Assembly: GCF_018350175.1 (NCBI RefSeq)
Contig: NC_058368.1
Span: forward strand, 63,490,001-63,554,000
Direction of reading: 5' to 3'
Length of the DNA: 64,000 nucleotides
Source: Felis catus
Taxonomy: Eukaryota
The position numbers and the translations under genes are program-made. The notes beneath the pieces were generated by a model that saw only the letters and a list, made by a program, of their open reading frames with translations, was not told the DNA's origin and searched no databases. Below are positions 41,315-50,678 of the stretch, piece by piece; the stretch's first letter is position 1, and every line of letters starts with the position of its first letter.

Positions 41315-44300
41315 TAGTTTTCTTAATTAAATAACAATCAGTTACTCCCATCTGATTCTACAGAGTACCACAGTGACACTTTCAAGGATACCAAAAAAAA
41401 AAAAAAAAAAAAGGACTTTCTTCAAATTGCTTCTTTATTCAAAACCACACACATTGATCTTTCCCTCTATAATTTGTATTTTCTTAATTTCAAAACCATA
41501 AATGGAACTATCAGGTTAAATGATCATGATCTTTGTGTTCACTATAAATCTATTGTCATCAACAGCACCTTGGAATGCCATTTGTAGCAAATAATCCATA
41601 TATTCATGTTATGTGTGATTATCAAATAACATATATGGAGTACAGATATTCTAAATTCTCAACTAAGGAAATAAGATAACCTGACATCAGTGGGATTACT
41701 TTATTAGACATTGGAAGGAACAAATAAAAGCCTGAAGACCTAAATCTTTTGGTTTATTTGTGAAATATTAATGATAATCTGTAATATACTATAATTCTTA
41801 AACTTTTCATAAGCATAGGCTCTGTCTTATTCCTTATTAAAATGTTGACCAGTACCCAGAGAATAGCAGATACTTAATAGATGATTGTTAACTTGGATTG
41901 AATACCTTTAAAATCCTAAATATAAAACATGATTAATGTGGTTAAGACTAGACTATGCATTTTCAAACATTTACAAATACATATTGTAAAAATCCAAAAC
42001 ATCATCAATAAATTTGTATCACTGATCCCTTTTTGCTACCTTATAAAAGAGTTCAAAATGTTCTTGATTTATAAAACCTGTTAATTTTCCAAAGTCAAAG
42101 TGATGTTTAAATATATCTCCTTTTCCCTTAAAACTCGAATACTATAAGAAAATATAAATTACTATAGGAATCTATATTAAAAATGCCAAATTGCCAAAAT
42201 ATGAAATATACTTAATTGCAAGAGCCAAGTTACAGGCAATCTCCAAATTACTATTCAAATTATACAGAGATACAGGTTTAAAATAACAGATAATTGTATT
42301 TGTCTTGCATTCCTGCACCATTCTTGAGTTTTCACATCTCTAATGTGAATGGGATTATTGCTTCATTAGTTTCTTAAAATCCTGTAATCATGCTACAAAA
42401 CAATATTTAAACTGAATTTCTCTTTCAAAAATTCAATACAATTAAGTCAATTGATACTGATGTAGCCAAATAGCAAAAAATAGGGAATAAAATTCTGAAT
42501 GTTACAAGATCAGAACTTTTCACATGTTTTCAACTCATAACACCTATAAGACTGAAACATCTGGATGAAAAGTAAAAAATACAAATATTTCTCTACTACT
42601 TGTTATATATAATGTACAAAGTTAATGCAAATGTTCTCATGTTGAATTGAGCTTTTCAAATCATCTAAAAAGTTCTGGATTGTGTAAAACAGTATCGTCT
42701 GTTTTAGTTAACTTGAGAAGACTGTGTGTCTACTTTGGCATTTCAGATAGCTTTGTTTTTACATTTCTTGGTTGCAGAAGGCATTTGTTAGCAGTTCAGA
42801 AATTTTTTCTGATCTTCAAAATCATAACCACAAAATCTTTACTTTAGTGATAAAGTATACCTAGCTGTGGCCCTAGGTGTGGCCCCTAAAATTGAGAAGG
42901 ATGAGTTTTTAGTTAGTAATGACTTAAAACAATACAAAGTTGGTAATCTTTAAATTCATTGGGATTGAAAAGTTTTCAATTATTCTAATTAGACTCATAA
43001 TTTGTTTCTTAATTTTGAAAGGAAGTGTAAGTGAACCCCTTAAAAATAAAATGCAATCTACTAATTGTGAAACTTTCTGGGATTTCCAAGTAAGTTGGTT
43101 TAAATGAATTTACATCTTCCAAAATTCTGATTACCGTAAAAATGTATATACATCAAGAATTAAATCTCGCAAACTGTAATCACAGAAAATACTTACTTGT
43201 ATGTTAGATTTCCACAGAAATATTGTTAGATGTCTAAAAAAGAGCTTTTTAAACACAGGAGTATTGCAGTGTTGACTTTAATTGGAAAAAAAATTGAGAT
43301 AAGTAACTCTCTCCTGCTAAGAAACCTGTGTACAGGTGGGATTTCCCATGATTCAGAGAGTGTTATGAACACTCACAGCACTCCTCCTCCCAGCCATTCT
43401 AACTTAAAGCAGAAGAAGAAGTTTTAAAGAAAAAGAAATTGATATATCTGTCAATCCTGGCCAAAAGTAATGTAAATACAGACTTTAAATAAAATTAGCA
43501 ATAAGTTTTCCCCCTTTGAAAGTCTCATAAATGACCATTATAGAAAGACTAAATATTGTAAAATTTCAGATTTGGCCATTTATTTGGATTTGTAAAGCAA
43601 AAATATATAGAAAAAAATGTCCTTCGTATAAAAGACTAGAAAAAAGAAGAGTTAATCCTTTACTTTTTATATCATCTCTAGTCTTACAATTTAAGCAAAG
43701 CATGACAAAATGAGTCATAAAGATAGTAAATATTAGCAATATCATCAAATTTGAATGTCGAATATTTTAACATTTGGACATTATAGACATCTTCTGGTAA
43801 TATGGTGTTTCCAGTTGGCTTGTAAAATCACGAAATAGTGGTTATGTGCTTTCCACCAAATACTTACTGGATTATTTAAAACCAATTTAAAATTACTGTA
43901 TTTGTAGTAAATGTTATGAAACCTCACTTCTTTTGACAATTGTTTCCGAGAATTCTGGAATTTCCTAAACCACAATGTGTAGAAGGATGTGCTCCTGAGT
44001 GGGCTCCTTTTCTCAGCTTTATGGTTGTTGATGAGGTTCTTTCCGAGCTCTACTATTTGCACAGGGGAGCCAAGTGTTCTTACTAAGTGCAGCGGGGTAT
44101 GAGAGGAGGATCAGGTACTGCAGCTGCGAAACCTCTGCTCGGGCATGCGTTTTGGTTTACACACGGCCGGGTTAAGGAAACACTTCAACGATGTGTGCAT
44201 TCATGAGTCCCGGGTGTAATGCATTTATCTCTGTTCTAAAACGATCTGTGCACGCAGTAATCCGGTTTCAATGTGAGAGTAAGTCACTGGGTTTTATTTA

Positions 44301-44644
44301 TCTTTGGTTCATGTTGGCATGAAGCAGGCCCCTAATTACCACCGAGACCCATCGTGGGCAAGGAAAGTAATAAACAGTAATCACATCGCGTACACGTCGA
44401 GTCCCAGGGAGAGCAGAGCTCTCAGGAAGCCGCAGGAAGCGTGCGCTTCCAGGAGGGTGTGCGGCTCGCGGGGGTCTGCACGCGCGCAGAGCTTGTTAAC
44501 GGAGGGCGTGCCGGAGGCGTGGCGCGAGGTGTCCGGGCGAGGCGCTCCGCGAGGCGGGCGGCGGGGAAGCGCGGCCGGGGAAAGGCAGCGCTGCGCCGCG
44601 AGCGGCTCCCAGCTCCCGCTCTCCCGGCCGCCGAGCCGAGCCGC

Positions 44645-44770
44645 CGTGGGCGGGGCCTGCGGTGATTGGCGGGCGGGCGGGGAGGTCGGAAGTACTTTGT
44701 TTTTTATGCTAATGAGGGAGTGGGGCTTGTCCGTATTTACGTTGAGGCGGGAGCCGCCGCCCTTCATTCA
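44645..44770 (+). promoter_or_regulatory. MIR17HG core/proximal promoter
   Basis: GC box GGGCGGGG 44648; inverted CCAAT (ATTGG) 44665 overlapping E2F-like TTGGCGGG; ETS CGGAAGT 44687; octamer-like ATGCTAAT 44706; non-consensus TATA TATTTA 44734 lying ~32 bp upstream of an Inr-like TCATTC (44764-44769). Confidence 0.75.
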
Positions 44771-45040
44771 CCCACATGGCCCTTCGAGGTGCTGCCGTCG
44801 CCGCCCGACCTGCGCCTTCGCGCCACTTCGCGCCCTCGGGCGAGGCCGAGGGGGTGGGGACGACCCCCGCCGCGTAGTCGCGGCTCGCGCCCCTCGCGAA
44901 GCTCCTTGGCGGGGCCGGCCGGTCGGCCGGCCGCACCCCCGGCCTGGGGCCTCCGGTCGTAGTAAAGCGGAGGCGGGTGGGGAGGCGGGAGCGAGAGCCC
45001 GCGGCGGGCGAGGCGAAGATGGTGGCGGCTACTCCTCCTG
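44766..45040 (+). ncRNA. MIR17HG: MIR17HG exon 1 (start inferred from the Inr)
   Basis: Strong donor CTG|GTGAGT at 45040/45041; YY1-like AAGATGGTGG at 45016. Confidence 0.7.
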
Positions 45041-46227
45041 GTGAGTCTGCCCGCCCCTCCGCCGAGTGAGTGAAACCTGTTGTGTGCGGCCCCAGTCCGG
45101 AGGGAGGGCGGGCGGGCGGGTGGGGCGGAATGGCCCGGGGCAGCGTGGCGGCGGCGGCGTGGCCGGGGGCCGGGGCGGGTCTCGGGCCGTTGGCCGCCCC
45201 TGCGTGTGGCAGCGGCGACTCGCTGCCCCCTCGCTTGCTTGCGGGCTGGCGGAGGGGCAGGGCAGGGCCGGGGAAGGGAGGGTGGGAGGGGGCGGCGTGC
45301 GCGAGGCGGCCGCGCCCGGGACCCGCGCGGACCCTGCTTGGGCCGGCCCCGGCGGGCGGGTGGGCGCGCGGCGCACACAATGGCCCCTCAGGGAGGGTAC
45401 GCGCGAGGCCCGCGCCCCTTCCAGGGCTCGGGGTGCACGCGGGGCGCGGGGTCCCCGGGAAGGGAAAGTTTCTCCTGGGGGCGAGAGTTAAAGCGCTTCC
45501 AGAACAAAGCGGCGGCGGCAGCGGCACATGGGGCAGGCCGCGGGCCGGGAGGGGGCGCGCCCACGAGGTACCTGCGCGCTGGCGGGCGGCGTGGCGTGGG
45601 CGGGAGCCCGCGGGCCCCCAAACTTTGTACGCGCGAGGGTGGGCGGAGGGCGCGGGAGCTCGGGGCGGCGCGGCCTGGACGCCACCCCCACTCCGCGTGG
45701 GCTTTGTTAACCCGCGTGGGCAGTCCCGGGTGGGGCTCGCAACTTCCCGGGCCGTGGCCCGCGGAGCAGGCCCTGGCCGGCCTCGGTGACGGCGTGGAGC
45801 CGCCTTTGCCCGCCCGCTGGCGGGGAGCGCGGCGCGGGAGGGCCGGCCCGGCTCGGCGGGAGCGGCGGCCGCGCCGCCATATTCCTGCGGGGCGGGCTGC
45901 GCGGGGGTGAGGGCGGGGGACATGGCGGCGACTGCGCGCCGCCGCCGATTGTTCCCGGCTTAGGCCTCGGGCCGCGTGCGACGGGCACCGCAGTCGCGGA
46001 GCCCCCGCCCCTCTGGGCCGGGCTGGGGGGGGGGGGGCGGGGGACACAAAGGAGGGGCGGCGCGCCCGCGTCCCCGCCGCGCTCGGGCCTCGGCGCCGCC
46101 GGTCGCCGCGCGGCTGCCGCCGGGAAACGGGGTGGGGGGGTTGCCGCGTCCGGCAGGGCCCGACTCTGACCCACCGCCCCCTGGCGGCCGCTCGCGAAAC
46201 CGCAGGGCCATGCACCCCCTTGTGCGA

Positions 46228-46233
46228 CATGTG
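46228..46233 (+). promoter_or_regulatory. Non-canonical MYC E-box CATGTG in intron 1
   Basis: CATGTG ~1.49 kb upstream of pre-miR-17, matching the recalled position of the known conserved MYC-bound site of this locus. Canonical CACGTG also occurs at 46830 and 47325. Confidence 0.7.
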
Positions 46234-46824
46234 CTGCCGGCCCGGGCTCCATGAGCGAGGCGGGCACTTTGCAGTCTCGAGCGTTCCTGCTCCCTTTTCT
46301 ACTCCTTAGCCGGAGCAAAGGGGACGGGAACTGGAGAAGGCAGACTCTTTCCTGCAGTATCGCCAAAAGAAAAAATTACCAACATGCCATCCGACCACAT
46401 CACTTGAGGAAACAACTCTTTATCCCGGCTTGCAGCCACGAGGTCTTGGATGGGGGAGGGGTGGTAAAGAATAGTCCCTTTGCTGCTGCTGCTTTTCCCT
46501 CTCATTAGAACTGTACAGTAAAGGATTGCTGTGGATCATACTGGAGTATTTCAGGATCTTTTTAAATAAGACATGAATTTAATACCTGTGGGTTTTTCAA
46601 CTTTATTCTCTTATACGTTTACACTTCTATACATTGTTGGTCTTTTAAACATTGCCAGTGTTGCTTGGCTATGTTATCCTCGTTTTGGCAAATGAATGTA
46701 ACTAATTGATACAAGAGCGTTAGAAATAAGCAAATTTAAATTTAAGTATGGGTTTGGAGGGTGATAATAATTTTCAGCAAATATGTTTGTCTTTTATCCC
46801 TGTCTCCCCACCCCCCCAACCCAG

Positions 46825-46896
46825 TCATACACGTGGACCTAACTGCACCAAAAGCTTTTCTAAGGATACTTGCAAGAAGAAAGTTTTCCCTAGTGG
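46825..46896 (+). ncRNA. MIR17HG: MIR17HG exon 2 (72 nt)
   Basis: Pyrimidine tract plus CCCAG| acceptor at 46824; TGG|GTAAGT donor at 46897. Confidence 0.8.
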
Positions 46897-47285
46897 GTAA
46901 GTGTATTCTAATTCTTTTTGGTTAACTTTTTATTTAAAACAATTTTTTTTTATTTTAATCATTTGAGTAAAATGGGATTGGGTTTTCAAATAGTGAAATA
47001 GGTATCTTGTATTTTGTTCACTTACCTTTTCTAAAAAATTAACTCTGTGGCCAGCTAATTTTTAAGTTAAAGTACAATGCAAATACCATAAAAATCTTTG
47101 GAAACTGTTATGCAGTTTATAAAATGTAATTTTAGAACTGCTTTAAGTTGGGTGATAAAGTAGATCTAATTTGGAGTAAGTTTTCAAGGTTCAAAACAAT
47201 TTAAACAGGATATTTAAGTTCTATAACAAGTTAATAACACTTGACATGTAGTCTGAAAGGTAATTTTGTTAATTGATTTGCCAAG

Positions 47286-47354
47286 TATTTGCTAATTGGA
47301 AGCCAGAAGAAAAAAATGTTTTGCCACGTGGATATGAAGATTTCCTCTAAAAAG
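47286..47354 (+). ncRNA. MIR17HG: MIR17HG exon 3 (short form; read-through would give the intron-retained, cluster-containing isoform)
   Basis: TTGATTTGCCAAG| acceptor, weak AAG|GTACAT donor, and similarity to recalled human MIR17HG exon sequence (TATTTGCTAA...TTTTGCCACGTGGAT). Confidence 0.6.
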
Positions 47355-47719
47355 GTACATGTATGAATCAAATTGCCCTGTTAATTCTCATTCATATGCA
47401 GTCTAATCTTGATTTTTTTTTTTTGAGTATGTCTTTGGGAACCTCCAGGTAAAGGAAGAGCCACCAATTTCTTTGACAGTATTAGATGGTTAAGATTGTC
47501 TTGTGAAAAAGATTTTTTTTCTACTTTTAAGGTGTAAATGTGCTTGTGAATGAAATTCGCAGGTTTGAGATAAACTCATTTTCTCTTCCCCATTAGGAAT
47601 TATGCTGAATTTTGTATGTTTTCTAGCCCTTAAAAGTTTGAGGTGTTCTTCTAATTATTTATTTCAAATTTAGCAGGAATAAAGAGAACATCACCTTGTG
47701 AGACTGAAGATTGTGACCA

Positions 47720-47803
47720 GTCAGAATAATGTCAAAGTGCTTACAGTGCAGGTAGTGATATGTGCATCTACTGCAGTGAAGGCACTTGTAGCATTATGGT
47801 GAC
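47720..47803 (+). ncRNA. MIR17: pre-miR-17 (5p 47733-47755; 3p 47770-47791)
   Basis: CAAAGTGCTTACAGTGCAGGTAG and ACTGCAGTGAAGGCACTTGTAG form the two arms of a hairpin. Confidence 0.99.
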
Positions 47804-47865
47804 AGCTGCCTCGGGAAGCCAAGGTGGGCTTTAAAGTGCAGGGCCTGCTGGTGTTGAGTGCTTTT

Positions 47866-47936
47866 TGTTCTAAGGTGCATCTAGTGCAGATAGTGAAGTA
47901 GATTAGCATCTACTGCCCTAAGTGCTCCTTCTGGCA
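47866..47936 (+). ncRNA. MIR18A: pre-miR-18a (5p 47871-47893; 3p 47912-47934)
   Basis: TAAGGTGCATCTAGTGCAGATAG and ACTGCCCTAAGTGCTCCTTCTGG. Confidence 0.99.
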
Positions 47937-48005
47937 TAAGAAGTTATGTTTTCATCCAATAATCCAAGCCAAGCAAGTATATAGGTGTTTTAATACTTTT
48001 TGTTT

Positions 48006-48087
48006 GCAGTCCTCTGTTAGTTTTGCATAGTTGCACTACAAGAAGAATGTAGTTGTGCAAATCTATGCAAAACTGATGGTGGCCTGC
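48006..48087 (+). ncRNA. MIR19A: pre-miR-19a (3p 48054-48076)
   Basis: TGTGCAAATCTATGCAAAACTGA with a complementary 5' arm. Confidence 0.99.
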
Positions 48088-48175
48088 TATTTCCTTCAAG
48101 TGATTTTTACTAATTTTGTGTACTTTTATTGTGTCGATGTAGAATCTGCCTGGTGTATCTGATGTGACAGCTTCT

Positions 48176-48246
48176 GTAGCACTAAAGTGCTTATAGTGCA
48201 GGTAGTGTTTAGTTATCTACTGCATTATGAGCACTTAAAGTACTGC
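48176..48246 (+). ncRNA. MIR20A: pre-miR-20a (5p 48183-48205)
   Basis: TAAAGTGCTTATAGTGCAGGTAG and 3' arm ACTGCATTATGAGCACTTAAAG. Confidence 0.99.
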
Positions 48247-48302
48247 TAGCTGTAGAACTCCAGCCTCGGCCTGTCGCCCAGTCAAACTGTCCAGTTACTG
48301 AA

Positions 48303-48389
48303 CACTCTTCTATGGTTAGTTTTGCAGGTTTGCATCCAGCTGTGTGATATTCTGCTGTGCAAATCCATGCAAAACTGACTGTGGTAGTG
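48303..48389 (+). ncRNA. MIR19B1: pre-miR-19b-1 (3p 48356-48378)
   Basis: TGTGCAAATCCATGCAAAACTGA with 5' arm AGTTTTGCAGGTTTGCATCCAGC. Confidence 0.99.
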
Positions 48390-48424
48390 AAAAGTCTGTA
48401 GAAAAGTAAGGGAAAATCAAACCC

Positions 48425-48502
48425 CTTTCTACACAGGTTGGGATCGGTTGCAATGCTGTGTTTCTGTATGGTATTGCACTTGTCCCGGCCTGTTGAGTTT
48501 GG
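48425..48502 (+). ncRNA. MIR92A1: pre-miR-92a-1 (3p 48472-48493)
   Basis: TATTGCACTTGTCCCGGCCTGT with 5' arm AGGTTGGGATCGGTTGCAATGCT. Confidence 0.99.
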
Positions 48503-50678
48503 TGGGGATTGTGACCAGAAGATTTTGAAAATTAAATATTACTGAAGATGCGACTTCCACTTTAAACGTTCCAGAAATGTAAAGTATTTTTAAAACCTTT
48601 GTAATTTTAATTTTGAAATTCATCTATACAACTTTCTGTTTCTTAAACTGAAGTTTTGTCATAATTTTATGCTAAAACGTTCTGAGGTTGCATGTCAGGA
48701 TTATAAGTTTTTACTATATTGGAATAGATTTATTAAGTATTTGATTTTAATCGTGTCTGTGAAGGAAATTTATTTTAATAAACGTATGATAATTTGTGAA
48801 GTTGGGAGATGCCTTTTTGCTTTTTTAGAGTTGGTATTTGCACTGTCTTCATCCAAAAGTTAATAATTGCATTGCTTGTGCATTGTTTATTTAAATTTGG
48901 TGAAAATACTCTGTTTAAAGCAATGTATTAAGTTGTGGGGTTTGGTTGCTTTTTAAGCATGTTAATTGACATTTGGGGAGGGGAGGTTGTCTTGTTTCTA
49001 GTAATCAAATACTGTTTTACCAGTACTGGTGTTCTTAATGTATAACTGTTAACTGGTTACATACTAGTTTTCTTAGTAATTATCTGTGCTGTATAAACAG
49101 TGGTCCTTAGACTGTTGTTAACTTTCTGGAACTTAAAAAACAGGAGTTAAAAAGAAGACACACTGATGCTAAGCAGAGTGACAAGTATGTGTGTGTGGAC
49201 ATGTCTCATGCCAAGAGTGTAGGCTGGGAGTCTGAAGTTAGGTTTTCTCTAATGCTGTAATACTATTAGTACTTCTCCCTTCATATACCGGACTTTTGCA
49301 GCATTGATAGTTGGTCTAGGCATATATGACTTCAAGTCACTGGAGTGGAACCTAAGAAGTGGCAGTAACAGTATTTTATTCAACATTTCTGCCTTTTCTT
49401 TCATGTGTTTGTGTCTAGCCTGTGTTTTCACCTTGTAGAAGAATGTGGGTTAACTTGAGAATAATCAGATTTTAAAGGATCCGTTGTTAAAATTGGATCC
49501 AAGCTAAATTTTGAAGGAAAGCTGTGATATGGATTAATTTGCCATAACTTATTTATTACCCCGTGTTATAAAATAGATTATGTAAAATCTGAACATGGAA
49601 AGCTTAACTGCTAATGTATCCCTTTTTAAAGAAACTTAGAGTTTAATCATGGATCCCTGAATAGAAAGGTAAGAGTTTCATAGTTCTGGAGTGATTATTA
49701 AAAGGTAACTTTTCAGAGAGAAAATACAAAGAATTGTGCAACGATTAATAAAATGAGGATCTAATTGTCCTTTGAGTTCTTAAACCTTTTGAATTGAAAA
49801 CCTTAAAATGGTTTTGTTTTGATCATTTAATGACAAATACTGCTTTAAATGTTTTTAAAGCCCCATAAGGTTAGCATGGGTTATAGTAGTCTCCAGGAAG
49901 ATGTGCCATGGTGATTAGTGAAAAAAGTGATGTTTACTCCACCAAACCATATAATTTCATTTTAAAGCTTTTAGCATTACTATTTAACATAGAATAGTGA
50001 TAAGACATTTAGAGGATTTCTTTACATGCTAAAATGGAAGTCAGATTTTAAATAAAATCTTAAATGGTTAACTTTTCTCCCTAGATGCTAAACCTTTGTA
50101 GTATTTGTGTTCAGAACTCAATTGGACTGTAACTAGACTTAACACACACATTTATTAACTTGTTTGGTGGGTGTTTTCTTGTGAGGTTGGCAGTAGGGCT
50201 GAGGTTGTCTAGAGTTCACTAGGAATTGCATTTTATTTGTTTCTGGTTTTAAAATGCGTAGCAAAGTTTATGTTCATGATTCTGTTAAGATTTTCTTAAA
50301 CAATACAACATAGTTTTCAAGTAGCACTAACAAAAAGCCATCTAAATATAATTAGCCATTTTGAGATACAAATAATTTGAACACCTTGATTATAGCTCAT
50401 AATTGCCTGCCTTCTCTCTAATTGACCGGGGAGGGGGGAAGCTCTAACCTTTTTTGTATTTTAACCTTGTTAAGAATTGAGTATTAGGGTACTATTGCTT
50501 GAGTTTTGATAGCTTTAAGATTATTTTCAGGAAAAATAAGTTTTTCTATTTTTTTGCATGTTATACATGTATGATTCTTAGCCTGTGTTTAAAAGGAAAG
50601 CACTTACAGCTTTATGAATTTTCAAAACTGCAAAGTAGTGGTGATTTTACTAAAAACTTTGAGATCTTCATTTTACAG

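Larger units (their letters stand above)
44390..46300. promoter_or_regulatory. CpG island spanning the MIR17HG promoter, exon 1 and 5' part of intron 1
   Basis: Abrupt switch to very GC- and CpG-rich sequence within otherwise AT-rich, CpG-depleted DNA. Confidence 0.97.

Noticed and set aside
44304..46366. Many long overlapping ORFs (200-404 aa) on both strands
   Set aside because: Stop-codon scarcity in an extremely GC-rich CpG island. The products are low-complexity Ala/Arg/Gly/Pro, have no recognisable domain, and run across the exon-1 donor.
47720..48502. Regularly spaced similar hairpins suggesting a CRISPR-like or novel repeat array
   Set aside because: Fully explained by the known miR-17~92 polycistron with paralogous miR-17/18/20 and miR-19a/b sequences in eukaryotic DNA.
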